Shown here: piece after piece, positions 41,608 to 51,210 of the stretch
Position numbering within the stretch: position 1 is the stretch's first letter
Layout: each line of letters begins with the position of its first letter
DNA from: Anaerolineae bacterium
Lineage (GTDB): Bacteria > Chloroflexota > Anaerolineae > E26-bin7
Assembly: GCA_041862415.1 (NCBI GenBank)
Contig: JBGVTF010000248.1
Span: 3,690-67,689, forward strand
Reading direction: 5' to 3'
DNA length: 64,000 nucleotides
Made by a program: the position numbers and the translations under genes
Notes under the pieces: model-generated
What the model was told of the DNA's origin: nothing
The model's input: only the letters and a program-made list of their open reading frames with translations
Databases searched by the model: none

Positions 41608-42831
41608 GTGGATATAGAATATCCTGATATCTTAGGAGAGGTTACCTCAGCCAGACAGCGTTATGAAGCGGGGGCAGTTCAATATGTGGGTTCATTCAGC
41701 CGCGAGGCAGTGGCCTCTGGAGAGGCGACAGAGTTGGTCCTCTTGTTGCAGAGCGCGGTGGATGTGCCTATGGACGTGACGCTCAAGCTGAGTGTGCCTG
41801 TGCGAACTGGCGGTCTACGCAGCAGGCCATCTCAGCTCAAGATCGGTGAGACAGAGACGACTGTGCCCATCAAACCAGCCGAGGTAGGCGAACTGAGAAT
41901 CCCCATCCAGACTTCCGCGGAAACACCCTCGGCTACTTACGAGATCAAGCTTGAGATCACGGGCACACCCAAGGCCAGTGCTAATCGTATTCGGGCTCAA
42001 CAGAGCAAGGGGCGCCTGGGTGAGACTATACTCAGGGACACAGTAGGGTTGAGCCTGGCTTCGACTATTGGCGTTGGCTTTGCAGCCAGGCCCGGCAACA
42101 AGCTCTCGTTCAAGTTCACAGTAACCGGCGAGGAGGGGAGCGCCCAGGAAATAGACCTCGCGCCTACACTCACTTCGCTCTGGACCCTGGAGGACTGGGA
42201 TCTTCAGTACCGGGCTGGTCGGGAGGTCAACGAGCGACGTGCCCATATCGTGCCTTACCTGGTCCCAGAGGCTATTTATGTGCCCCTGCTGGATGAGGGC
42301 AGGAAGAGGTTTGCTGATGCCGAGATCGTACTGCGTGTCGGAGAGGCCATCTCTCTGGCCAAAATCCTCACTCACACCGTTAGCTACTTCATGCGCAACG
42401 CTGACTTGCAAGATGGCCTGCTGATACCTATCTACATGCAGGCCTACCTTCACGATCTTCCGACCGACAACGCTACCTGGCTGGTGATCGAAGTCGGCTA
42501 CTCGCGCATCGTTCGCCTAGCTATCGCCCTGAGTTTTGCCCTGGTGGAAAGCGCGCTTAAAAGGCAGCCCTGGCTGCTGAATGAGCAGAGGGCCGTGGCG
42601 GATTTGGTAGTTGGCAACCTGGAATCAGGCCATTCCCTGCCCGTCGAATTCCTCTATTTGCCTCTCCTGATGGGCGGTGCGCTGGTGACGCGGGAAGTAG
42701 TGATGGAAGGTGAAGACCCCCAGCAGAGCTTGCAGATGCTGGCCCAGGCCAAAAAGGAACGGGCGCAGGATTTCACGGGTGAGGCGGCGGAGACGAGCGA
42801 GTTGTTTGACTCTTTGCTCGCCAGAGTGTGA
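41608..42831 (+). CDS. Hypothetical 407-aa protein (beta-rich N-terminal half, helical C-terminal half)
   Basis: GTG start follows GGAGGG. It is a long clean ORF with its own promoter. I recognise no family. Confidence 0.6.
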   Translation: MDIEYPDILGEVTSARQRYEAGAVQYVGSFSREAVASGEATELVLLLQSAVDVPMDVTLKLSVPVRTGGLRSRPSQLKIGETETTVPIKPAEVGELRIPIQTSAETPSATYEIKLEITGTPKASANRIRAQQSKGRLGETILRDTVGLSLASTIGVGFAARPGNKLSFKFTVTGEEGSAQEIDLAPTLTSLWTLEDWDLQYRAGREVNERRAHIVPYLVPEAIYVPLLDEGRKRFADAEIVLRVGEAISLAKILTHTVSYFMRNADLQDGLLIPIYMQAYLHDLPTDNATWLVIEVGYSRIVRLAIALSFALVESALKRQPWLLNEQRAVADLVVGNLESGHSLPVEFLYLPLLMGGALVTREVVMEGEDPQQSLQMLAQAKKERAQDFTGEAAETSELFDSLLARV

Positions 42832-42940
42832 TCTGAGAGCTACAGTCTGCAGCGCTCTGGCAGCCAGGGCCTGAACACAGCTTTCTGGCACTTTGATCAG
42901 AGGACCGAGACGGGACTCACTCTGGGCCCCGTCTGGCCTT

Positions 42941-43159
42941 CTACGCTGCGGGCGGGCGTTTGGCCGCCGCCAACCGCGCTTCCAGTTCTAGCCGTTGCTC
43001 GGCGGCGGCTTGCTTCGCTTCTTCGATGATTTCATTGATTCGCTCTCTGATCAGTTGCCTGGTCTCGGGCCCTGAGCGTGGGGCCAACAGCAGGCCCAAC
43101 GTCGCGCCTACCAAGCTACCAAACAACAAACCAACCACAAAGTCAATAACCTTCCTCAT
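42941..43159 (-). CDS. YtxH-domain protein
   Basis: ATG 43159 follows AAGGAGG. It has the TM helix FVVGLLFGSLVGATLGLLLAP, then RSGPETRQ and a coiled coil. Confidence 0.65.
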   Translation of the reverse strand: MRKVIDFVVGLLFGSLVGATLGLLLAPRSGPETRQLIRERINEIIEEAKQAAAEQRLELEARLAAAKRPPAA

Positions 43160-43256
43160 TGGTTTCCACCTCCTTTGATTGTGGGTTGTTGAGAGCAAAA
43201 GCTTCGTACCTTCACTATAGCACATTTTGCAGATATTAGCAAGGAGATTGAGAAAA

Positions 43257-44360
43257 ATGATCGAAAAACGCTTACAGGGATTGCGCCAGCAGCAAGCAGC
43301 CCACGGCCTGGACTGCGTGGCTCTGATGCCTGGTGCTAACCTCCGCTACTTGACGGGCCTGAATCTGGCTCTCTATGAACGCCCCCTCGTCTTTTTCTTC
43401 CCTCGGGAGGGACGCCCAGCCTCTATCCTGCCCACGCTGGAAGCGCCTCAGATTGAAGCCCACCTGGCCTTCGATGTAGAACTCTTCACCTATAGCGATG
43501 AAGAAGGCCATCCGCCGGCCTTCGAGCGAGTCTGCCAGGCTTTGAACCTGGCTGGCAAGCGCCTGGGTGTGGAATTCCTCAACATGCGTGTTCTGGAGTT
43601 GAAGCACCTGGAGCAGTGTGCTCCAGGATGCCAGACGCTGGACGCCGGGGGAATGCTCTCAGAGTTGCGCCTGATCAAAGGCGCGGAAGAAATCGAACAG
43701 ATGCGCCAGGCCATTCGCATCACCGAGCAGGCTCTTCAGGAAGTCGCTGACGCTATTCAGCCTGGCCGTACCGATCGGGAGATAGCAGCCGAGCTGAAAA
43801 TAGCCTTCCTCCGAGCGGGGGCCCAGAGAATGTCCTTTGAGCCCATCGTTGTCGTTGGCCCGGAGAGCGCCTCACCTCATGCTGTACCTTCGGGGCGGTG
43901 CATTGAGCCGGGTGATCTGATCGTCATAGACTGTGGAGTCACCTATCAGGGCTACGCCGCTGACATCACCCGCACCTTTGCCGTAGGTCCCATCGCCCCT
44001 CAGTTGGAGCGCGTGTATGAGATCGTGCAAGAAGCCAATGCCGCTGGTCGAGCCGCTGTGCGGCCGGGGGTGTCTGCCCAAGATGTGGACCGGATTACGC
44101 GCCAGGTCATCGCTCAGGCTGGCTATGAAGAGTACTTTGTGCATCGCACCGGACACGGGCTGGGGCTGGAGATCCACGAGCCACCCTACATCGTCGAGGG
44201 CAACGAGGAGTTGCTTCAGCCGGGCATGACTTTCACCATAGAGCCGGGCATCTACCTGCCGGGCCAGGGAGGAGTACGCATCGAGGATGATGTACTGGTT
44301 ACCCATCAGGGTGCGGAGACCTTGACCACCTTCCCACGGGATCAGTTAAGGCGTAAATGA
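43257..44360 (+). CDS. M24-family Xaa-Pro aminopeptidase/dipeptidase
   Basis: Contains the metal ligands in VIDCGVTYQGYAADITRT, HRTGHGLGLEIHEPP, FTIEPG and RIEDDV. Confidence 0.88.
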   Translation: MIEKRLQGLRQQQAAHGLDCVALMPGANLRYLTGLNLALYERPLVFFFPREGRPASILPTLEAPQIEAHLAFDVELFTYSDEEGHPPAFERVCQALNLAGKRLGVEFLNMRVLELKHLEQCAPGCQTLDAGGMLSELRLIKGAEEIEQMRQAIRITEQALQEVADAIQPGRTDREIAAELKIAFLRAGAQRMSFEPIVVVGPESASPHAVPSGRCIEPGDLIVIDCGVTYQGYAADITRTFAVGPIAPQLERVYEIVQEANAAGRAAVRPGVSAQDVDRITRQVIAQAGYEEYFVHRTGHGLGLEIHEPPYIVEGNEELLQPGMTFTIEPGIYLPGQGGVRIEDDVLVTHQGAETLTTFPRDQLRRK

Positions 44361-44560
44361 TAGGGGGACAAAGGGAAACGACGGTGGGTACTGACCCTAT
44401 AATCCCATACTCCTCCAGTTGTGGGTCTGTGCGATCGGACTTCCGAGGTCTCCGAGACTTCAGAAATCATGTTTATGGATGACAATCCGCGGACGATGTG
44501 TTATAATAGTTGACAGTGTATTTTCTGTCCTACAAAGTACTTACGTTTGGAGGTGTGATT

Positions 44561-45865
44561 TTGGCCGAGAACATTCGCATTGAGGACATCGCCAATTGGG
44601 AGGGCCAGGAGGTGACCATCAAGGGCTGGCTGTTCAACAAGACCGACAAGGGCCGGTTGCAGTTCCTGCTGGTGCGGGACGGCACCGGTCTGGTGCAAGG
44701 GGTGGTCTTTCAGAAAGAGGTCCCACCGGAGGTCTTTGAGGCGGCCAGCGGGATGACCCAGGAGTCGTCTCTCATCGTCACGGGCACGGTGCGTGCCGAC
44801 GAGCGAGCCCCCGGCACCCCGGGCGGGTATGAGCTATCCGTCAGGGACATCGAGATCGTGCAACTGGCCGAGGAGTATCCCATCACCCCCAAGGAGCACG
44901 GCGTTGACTTTCTGATGGATCGCCGCCATCTGTGGTTGCGCTCTTCGCGCCAGTGGGCCATCCTGCGGGTGCGCGCCGAGGTCATCCGTGCCATCCGCGA
45001 CTGGCTGGACGACAACGGTTTCCTCAACGTGGACACGCCCATCCTTACCCCTTCTGCCTGTGAGGACACCACCACCCTCTTTGCCACGGATTATTTCGGA
45101 GAACCGGCTTATCTGACCCAGAGCGGACAATTGTACAACGAGGCCAACATTATGTCCTTCGGGCGGGTCTACTGTTTCGGCCCCACGTTCCGCGCCGAGA
45201 AATCCAAAACCCGCCGTCACATGATGGAGTTCTGGATGGTTGAGCCGGAGATGGCCTACGCCGACCTGGACGAGTGCATGAGGGTGGGAGAAGAGTTCGT
45301 CAGCTACATCGTCCAGACCACGCTGAAGAACAGGGCCCCCGAGTTAAAGGTGTTAGAGCGCGACACGACGCTCCTGGAAAAAGTTGTACCCCCCTTCCCG
45401 CGCATCAGCTACGACGAAGCGGTGGAAATTTCGAACGAGAAGGGCGTACCCATCGAGTGGGGCGACGATTTCGGCGCTCCGCACGAGGTGGCCGTGGGCA
45501 ACCATTTCGAGAAGCCGGTCTTTGTGCACCACTATCCCACTCAATGCAAGGCTTTCTACATGGAGGAAGAACCAGGGCGGCCCGAGGTTTCCAAATCGGT
45601 GGATCTCCTGGCTCCTGAGGGCTATGGCGAGATCATCGGCGGCGGCCAGCGCACAGCCAGCTACGAGCTTTTGGAGCGGCGCATCGAGGAGCACAACCTG
45701 CCCCGTGAGGCCTACGAGTGGTATCTGGACTTGCGGAAATACGGCTCGGTGCCCCACTCTGGTTTTGGCCTGGGAGTGGAGCGGACCATCATGTGGATCT
45801 GCGGCATCCACCACATTCGCGAAACCATTCCCTTCCCGCGGCTGCTGGGGCGGATGTATCCGTGA
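44561..45865 (+). CDS. asnS: Asparagine--tRNA ligase
   Basis: TTG 44561 lies 7 nt after GGAGG. It has class II motifs, and [24 protein letters not shown] and GFGLGVERT are typical of AsnRS. Confidence 0.88.
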   Translation: MAENIRIEDIANWEGQEVTIKGWLFNKTDKGRLQFLLVRDGTGLVQGVVFQKEVPPEVFEAASGMTQESSLIVTGTVRADERAPGTPGGYELSVRDIEIVQLAEEYPITPKEHGVDFLMDRRHLWLRSSRQWAILRVRAEVIRAIRDWLDDNGFLNVDTPILTPSACEDTTTLFATDYFGEPAYLTQSGQLYNEANIMSFGRVYCFGPTFRAEKSKTRRHMMEFWMVEPEMAYADLDECMRVGEEFVSYIVQTTLKNRAPELKVLERDTTLLEKVVPPFPRISYDEAVEISNEKGVPIEWGDDFGAPHEVAVGNHFEKPVFVHHYPTQCKAFYMEEEPGRPEVSKSVDLLAPEGYGEIIGGGQRTASYELLERRIEEHNLPREAYEWYLDLRKYGSVPHSGFGLGVERTIMWICGIHHIRETIPFPRLLGRMYP

Positions 45866-45893
45866 GAAGTCAGCATAGTACTGTGTAGCACAA

Positions 45894-45922
45894 AGCCCCT
45901 GGAAAACTCTCCAGGGGCTTTT
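45894..45922 (+). terminator. Rho-independent terminator of asnS
   Basis: A 9-bp stem AGCCCCTGG/CCAGGGGCT with an 8-nt loop is followed by TTTT. Confidence 0.8.
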
Positions 45923-46141
45923 CTCGAGTACACCCATCAAGTCAAGGGGTCTGCAATTGTGAAGGTGCCGGGGGTATGTGTTTATGAAGGTCTACAGCCG
46001 ACTTGTCCTACAACCGGGCTCCACGGTCTGAACTCGCGACAAGTTCTATATGCGCCCCACCCGGGCACGCTGGTCGGGGTCAAAGACCTGGCCACCGACA
46101 TTAGGCCGCTAGTCCTATCCCTCTCTGGGATGAAAGTACCA

Positions 46142-46171
46142 TTGACTCTCACCCCCTCCGACGGCTATAAT
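46142..46171 (+). promoter_or_regulatory. Promoter of the 46230 secreted-protein gene
   Basis: TTGACT (46142-46147), an 18-nt spacer, then TATAAT (46166-46171). Confidence 0.6.
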
Positions 46172-46229
46172 GGTCGTACAAACCAGGTCCCTTCAGGGGA
46201 CGCCGAAACGAGGGGGGATAGTCTGTCCA

Positions 46230-47942
46230 ATGAAGAAAACCTCACTGGCGCTGAGAATCGGGCTTATAGCTCCGTTGGTGTTTCTTGTTTCATCATCGCC
46301 AGGCTCTTTCTCTCCGCCTGCGCCCGCCCTGGCCGCCGGGTTCGTCAATTTCCTCACTAACCCAGGCCTCGAAACCTTCAACGCCCCTTACAGTTCCTAC
46401 AACGGCTACGAACTGAGAGTAGCCCAGAACTGGAACGCCTTTACTAAAAGTGGCGAAGACCCCAAATACATGACCAACGACGAATGGGCCAGGATGAGCG
46501 GCGGCGTAGCGGAGAAATTGGAAGGAGACCATTCCCAGATGTACTGGCAGACCGAACCCTTTGCCGCTGGCATCCGTCAGCAGGTGTCGGTCACGCCTGG
46601 CACGGACTATGCGGCCCAGGCCTCCATCCTGACCATCTGGGAGACCTCGGCCACCCGTACTGATTACAAAATGCTGAAGCAGGTGGGCATTGACCCCAGC
46701 GGCGGCATCAACCCCAATTCCCCGGACATTGTCTGGGGGCCGACAAGGGGGAAAGACGTCCAATGGGAAAGCGTTAAGACCTCGGCCACGGCCATCTCTT
46801 CGACGATCACCGTCTTCGTGCTGGTGACCAGCGAAGCCAGCTCCAGCCCGAGTTTGCGCAATCAGGTCTTTGTTGACGCTGTGGTGCTGACCGAGGCTCC
46901 CAGCGCCAGTGCCACCTCCCCCAACTTGAGCAGCAATCTATCCTTCGCTGTCGAGTGGAGCGGCACGCCAGCCTACGGCGGCAACCCCCTGGAGTACGAC
47001 GTCGAGTACAAGGTGGACGACGGCTCCTGGACTTTTTGGAAGGGCAAGACGGAAAGTACCTCGGCCACCTGCGGCCCCACCTCTCCGACCACCGTGGAGT
47101 ATGGCCACACCTACTACTTCCGCGCCCGGGCCTGGGAGGACTATGGTTATTACAACACCGTCAGGGTCAAACTGCCCGGTGTCTTTGCCGACGGCAATGG
47201 AGATACGTCTACATTTGTGGGTGGAATCTATGGCCACGTGCGGAACCACTACGATAGCCCTGTCGGAGGAGCCACGGTTGTCATCTCCGGCACCGGTTCG
47301 TCCACCAACACGGACAGCAGTGGCCGTTATGGCCTTCCCCTGCCTGCGGCGGGCAGCTACGAGGTGACCGCCAGCCACAGCGTATACAGTCCCCCGCCAG
47401 CTATCCTCATTGACGTCTATAGTACTACCACCACCATTCCCCTCACCTTCACCCTGCGCCCGCCCGACGACGTGGTCATCAACGGCGATTTCGAGGGCAA
47501 TCTGGACGGCTGGACGACTACAGGTACAGCACTCACTGTCGTCACCAGCCCCCTGCGTAGTGGGGACTATAGCCTGGCCATGGGTGGCACATCAGGGATA
47601 ACCCAGACCGATTCCCTGGTTGGGATGCACGAGCCCACCCTGTCCTTCTGGTACAAGATCGTCACCAGCGAGACGGACGGTGATGATTCTTTCCAAGCCT
47701 GCCTCTACCAGAATGATCCCTCAGACTGTGTAGCCACCTTCGCTGTCACCCCCACCGCCGACGTGGATTGGACCCATCAGTGGCTGGCCCTGGGCGTGGG
47801 CGAGGTCTACACCGGCCCGCTGGGCATCTCCTTCGATCTTCAGTGGAACGGCTCTGGGACAATAGTCTATCTGGACGAGGTCAGCCTGGGCCAAGGGCCA
47901 TACAAAATCTACTTGCCGCTCGCGGTAAAGGGGTATCACTAG
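46230..47942 (+). CDS. Secreted multidomain protein (CBM-like jelly-roll x2, FN3-like, carboxypeptidase-regulatory-like domain)
   Basis: It has the signal peptide MKKTSLALRIGLIAPLVFLVSS...ALA. GATVVISGTGSSTNTDSSGRYGLPLPAGSYEVTA is CarboxypepD_reg-like, and the GDFEGNLDGW modules are CBM-like. Confidence 0.65.
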   Translation: MKKTSLALRIGLIAPLVFLVSSSPGSFSPPAPALAAGFVNFLTNPGLETFNAPYSSYNGYELRVAQNWNAFTKSGEDPKYMTNDEWARMSGGVAEKLEGDHSQMYWQTEPFAAGIRQQVSVTPGTDYAAQASILTIWETSATRTDYKMLKQVGIDPSGGINPNSPDIVWGPTRGKDVQWESVKTSATAISSTITVFVLVTSEASSSPSLRNQVFVDAVVLTEAPSASATSPNLSSNLSFAVEWSGTPAYGGNPLEYDVEYKVDDGSWTFWKGKTESTSATCGPTSPTTVEYGHTYYFRARAWEDYGYYNTVRVKLPGVFADGNGDTSTFVGGIYGHVRNHYDSPVGGATVVISGTGSSTNTDSSGRYGLPLPAAGSYEVTASHSVYSPPPAILIDVYSTTTTIPLTFTLRPPDDVVINGDFEGNLDGWTTTGTALTVVTSPLRSGDYSLAMGGTSGITQTDSLVGMHEPTLSFWYKIVTSETDGDDSFQACLYQNDPSDCVATFAVTPTADVDWTHQWLALGVGEVYTGPLGISFDLQWNGSGTIVYLDEVSLGQGPYKIYLPLAVKGYH

Positions 47943-48070
47943 ATCACGATTTTGGAGCAGAGCGGGCTCCCATGCCTGCGAACCGGCGGCGTGGGAGCCG
48001 CCTCTGCTGGGAATCTGTGATCTACTGGGTATGGGGCTTAGCGGGTTGCTCAATCGCAAATACATCACAA

Positions 48071-48092
48071 GGGGGGACAACAGCGTCCCCCC
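48071..48092. terminator. Bidirectional hairpin between convergent genes
   Basis: An 8-bp stem GGGGGGAC/GTCCCCCC with a 6-nt loop has T-rich flanks on both strands. Confidence 0.55.
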
Positions 48093-48129
48093 TTCGACTT
48101 GCGGTGATATCTCCTTCACGATCCACAAC

Positions 48130-49179
48130 CTAGCCCCAGGCCGTCTCCGCCCTCCGACGCCTGTGTCTGGCCCGCAGGAGATCGAGATAGCGGGGCATGA
48201 GCACGGTGTAGGCCCAACAGAGGGACCGCGACACGGGATAATCGTAAGCGCCGATGTGACGCACAAACTGTCCGCCAAAGCCCTCTTTGAACCGGTAAAC
48301 CCCCCACATCGGATTGTCTTCGCTCAGAACGTCGGGAGCGCCCCACATGTCGTAGACGGTGCAGCCCGCGCCTTTGGCCCAGCGAATGGCCTCCCACTGC
48401 AAGAGGTGATTGGGCATCAGGTTGCGGTGCTTTTCCGTCGAAGCTCCGTACATGTACCAGGCCCTCTGGCCAAAGCGAAAGGCGATAAGTCCGGCCAAAG
48501 GCTCTCCCTCGTATTCGGCCAGAAACAGGCAGGCCAGGCCTGCCTCAATGAAAGCACCCCAGGCATCACGGTAATAGGCGAAGGGGCGGATGATGAAATC
48601 GTCGCGCCTGCCGGTCTCTGCGTACATCTCGTAAAATAGAGGTAGATCATCGGGACGGCCCACACGCACCCGCACCCCTCTCCTCGCCGCCAGCCGAATG
48701 TTGTAGCGCGTCTTGGCCTTCATGCTGGCCAGGAGCTCGTCTTCGCTTTGCTGCAAGTCAACGAGGATGGTGTTGCGGAATTGGATTTGCTCAGAGGATG
48801 AACGCCAGCCGCGACCCCGCAGAGTCTCACTGACTTTCTCCTCCAGGCGCACGTCGGGGTCAATTTTGACAAAGATGGCCCGTTGAGCCCTGGCCAGTTC
48901 TTCCAGAGAGGCGAGGACGCGGCTCAAAAGTTGGCCATCGCTATAGTCCAGGAGGGGTCCCTTGGGCACGTACATCACGCGGAGCGGGAAACGGGGGAGT
49001 TGGCGGCACAGCACTGAAGCTGCGGCCCGCACCTGGTTACCCTCTTCGAAAAGAAGACGGGTCGGCCTCCAGCCGTATTTGGCCTTGAACTCGCCCCACT
49101 CGAAGGATTGAAGCACGTGGCTGCAGGGAAGTTGAGCCACGACCTCGTTCCAACGACTGCGATCAGTGACTTCTCTCAC
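48130..49179 (-). CDS. FemAB-family peptidoglycan interpeptide-bridge aminoacyltransferase
   Basis: Contains HVLQSFEWGEFKAKYGW, TRYNIRLA and LMPNHLLQWEAIRWAKGAGCTVYDMWG. Confidence 0.85.
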   Translation of the reverse strand: MREVTDRSRWNEVVAQLPCSHVLQSFEWGEFKAKYGWRPTRLLFEEGNQVRAAASVLCRQLPRFPLRVMYVPKGPLLDYSDGQLLSRVLASLEELARAQRAIFVKIDPDVRLEEKVSETLRGRGWRSSSEQIQFRNTILVDLQQSEDELLASMKAKTRYNIRLAARRGVRVRVGRPDDLPLFYEMYAETGRRDDFIIRPFAYYRDAWGAFIEAGLACLFLAEYEGEPLAGLIAFRFGQRAWYMYGASTEKHRNLMPNHLLQWEAIRWAKGAGCTVYDMWGAPDVLSEDNPMWGVYRFKEGFGGQFVRHIGAYDYPVSRSLCWAYTVLMPRYLDLLRARHRRRRAETAWG

Positions 49180-49183
49180 TACT

Positions 49184-49298
49184 AGTTCCTCATTCCAATG
49201 CCGCTAACTTTTGCTCCAGCCGGGTCCGTGACCCGGCGACTTTTGGCAAAAACGCTGGTCACGGACCAGCTTCGAGCGAAAAGTTAGTGCCATTGAGT
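49184..49298. mobile_element. MITE-like 89-bp palindromic element flanked by a 13-bp direct repeat
   Basis: The direct repeat AGTTCCTCATTCC occurs at 49184-49196 and 49286-49298. The terminal inverted repeats are AATGCCGCTAACTTTTGCTC / GAGCGAAAAGTTAGTGCCATT, with inner arms GGTCCGTGACC / GGTCACGGACC. Confidence 0.75.
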
Positions 49299-49377
49299 TC
49301 CTCATTCCCAAAGAAAGTGGCACGGCAGATCGCCGTCCCGCTGCCATGCCACCGGACTTGACCAAAACAGTGCGGCG

Positions 49378-50760
49378 TTATTTGAATATGTAGTACGTTG
49401 CTCTTTTGTCTCCGATCTTCAGCAACAGGTTCTTGTCCACCAGGTCAGCCAGGTCACGGCGGATGGTCTCGGCGCTGACGTCGGGGCATAGCTCCTGATA
49501 TTCGCGGTTGGTGATGCGCCCCTGTTCGGACAGGTAGGCCAGGGCCTGCTCCTGGCGCTCGTTCAGATGCAGGTGGCGCCAGCGACGGGCATCAAATTCA
49601 TCGCTGATCAGAGCCTCACCGTGGCCGTAGAGGGTCACCTGAAAACCGTTGGCCGTCTCCTGGAAGACAGGGGCCGGCAAACCGTGGTCGAGCATCAACT
49701 GGATCATGCGGTCAATGCCGTAGCCCAGCCGTTCGATGAAGCCCATGTCGGCCAGAACCTGCACGATGACCTCGTTGCGGGAGAACCGCTCCTCGACGAT
49801 GTTATCCAGGGTGACGTGACCGGGCAGTCGGCCAGGGCTGTAGAATTCGATGCGATCGCTGAACATGAGGATGCGGATGCCCTCGCCCCGGATGCTGTAG
49901 TCGCGGTGAGCCACAGCATTGACGATAGCCTCGCGCACGGCTTCGACCGGGTACTCTGTCCGCTCCTCGCGCTCCAGCCTCACCAGGCGAACCCCTTTGC
50001 TCATGTTGCTGACCAGGAAGCTTTCAGCCCGGCGGACTTGCTCGGGCAGGCTATCACGGATGTCCTCTCGCAGAAACTCGTCGCTCATCTCCCGCCCGGC
50101 GTAGCGCACCACGATGATTTCATTGGCACGAAAGAAGCGCTCCGGTTCCTGGCCAAAAAGGAGCAGGCCGGCGTTGGTTGGCCGATAGCGGTTGCCCTTT
50201 TTCGTCAAGCAGCCACGCTTGAATAGAGCCTCTTTAGCCGTCTGGCCAGGGACGCTTTCCAGGGGGACAAGATACTTCTCCACTTTCTCCCAGTCTATGT
50301 CTTCCAAGGTAGCGCCTGGGGTGTCCAACGACTCGAAGCTGACCTCGCCGCGTTCCATCATCAGTTGCCGCACCTGGCGGGAGGTCATGGGCGTGTCACG
50401 TCGGCCGTCGCGCATCAGGTAGCGGCCCTTCAGGTTATAGACGTGGGGCAGCCCTGGCGGTACGGTAACGACCAGGATTTCCGCCCCGTCCAGGTTGACT
50501 AATTCGGGCAGAGGGATAATGAGAGGCGGATCGGCCAGAAGGGCAGCTTTCAGGGCTTTGTCCCGTGCTGCCTCGACGTCCTTGAGCCCCGTCGGTTTGG
50601 CGTCTCTCGTGCTCACGCCCAGCAGGACAGTGCCCCCGGTGCTGTTGGCCAGGGCGACGAGGGATTGAGCCAACTTGGTTGGGGTTGTGCTCTCTGGTTT
50701 AAGGTCCGTCTCCTGGCCCTTGCCTCGCTCGTAGATGGCCCGCACTTCGTCTTCTGTCAA
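49378..50760 (-). CDS. AlbA_2 / HATPase_c_4 / wHTH protein (RecG-like putative transcriptional regulator)
   Basis: Contains LVALANSTGGTVLLGV, AVREAIVNAVAHRDYS..GIRILMFSDRIEFYSPG and a C-terminal wHTH (GRITNREYQELCPDVSAETIRRDL). Confidence 0.8.
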   Translation of the reverse strand: MTEDEVRAIYERGKGQETDLKPESTTPTKLAQSLVALANSTGGTVLLGVSTRDAKPTGLKDVEAARDKALKAALLADPPLIIPLPELVNLDGAEILVVTVPPGLPHVYNLKGRYLMRDGRRDTPMTSRQVRQLMMERGEVSFESLDTPGATLEDIDWEKVEKYLVPLESVPGQTAKEALFKRGCLTKKGNRYRPTNAGLLLFGQEPERFFRANEIIVVRYAGREMSDEFLREDIRDSLPEQVRRAESFLVSNMSKGVRLVRLEREERTEYPVEAVREAIVNAVAHRDYSIRGEGIRILMFSDRIEFYSPGRLPGHVTLDNIVEERFSRNEVIVQVLADMGFIERLGYGIDRMIQLMLDHGLPAPVFQETANGFQVTLYGHGEALISDEFDARRWRHLHLNERQEQALAYLSEQGRITNREYQELCPDVSAETIRRDLADLVDKNLLLKIGDKRATYYIFK

Positions 50761-50774
50761 GGCCCTTCACCCCA

Positions 50775-51137
50775 CTAGACCAGCGAAAGCGCCAACGATA
50801 TCTCAGGTAGAATGCCCTCTCCGAATAGCATGTAGCCCGCCACAACTGCTATCAGGCAGCAGCAGCAAAGCAGAATGAGCACCACAGCTATAATAACTAT
50901 GGTGTTACGGCCACCCTTTTCACCCTCCAGGGGCGGCGCAGTGGGGTAAGTTGGTGGAGCAGAAGGGGGCTCGTAAGCCGTGGGCGGCATGTGGCTGATG
51001 AGGGTCTCATCTGGAGGTGGCTGTGTTGGGGGCGGCATGCGGCTGATGATAGTCTCCTCCACTCCCAGGTCCGCTCCGCAGCCAGGGCAAAAGCGATCAG
51101 CAGCCGATATCGGGTTACCGCAGTGTGGGCAGTTCAT
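50775..51137 (-). CDS. Zinc-ribbon membrane protein
   Basis: ATG 51137 follows AAGGAG. It has MNCPHCGNPISAADRFCPGCGADL, a Pro-rich linker and a C-terminal TM helix containing CCCC. Confidence 0.7.
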   Translation of the reverse strand: MNCPHCGNPISAADRFCPGCGADLGVEETIISRMPPPTQPPPDETLISHMPPTAYEPPSAPPTYPTAPPLEGEKGGRNTIVIIAVVLILLCCCCLIAVVAGYMLFGEGILPEISLALSLV

Positions 51138-51210
51138 AAATGATGCTCCTTTCGCAGTTTTGTCATCTGAGTCGGGGAAGATTGTGAGAGACAATCCTCC
51201 ACTGAGCGGG

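Noticed and set aside
44361-44560. T-box leader upstream of asnS
   Set aside because: The promoter-like elements lie within about 50 nt of the start codon. No specifier or T-box (GGUGGUACCGCG-like) sequences are seen, and the leader is too short.
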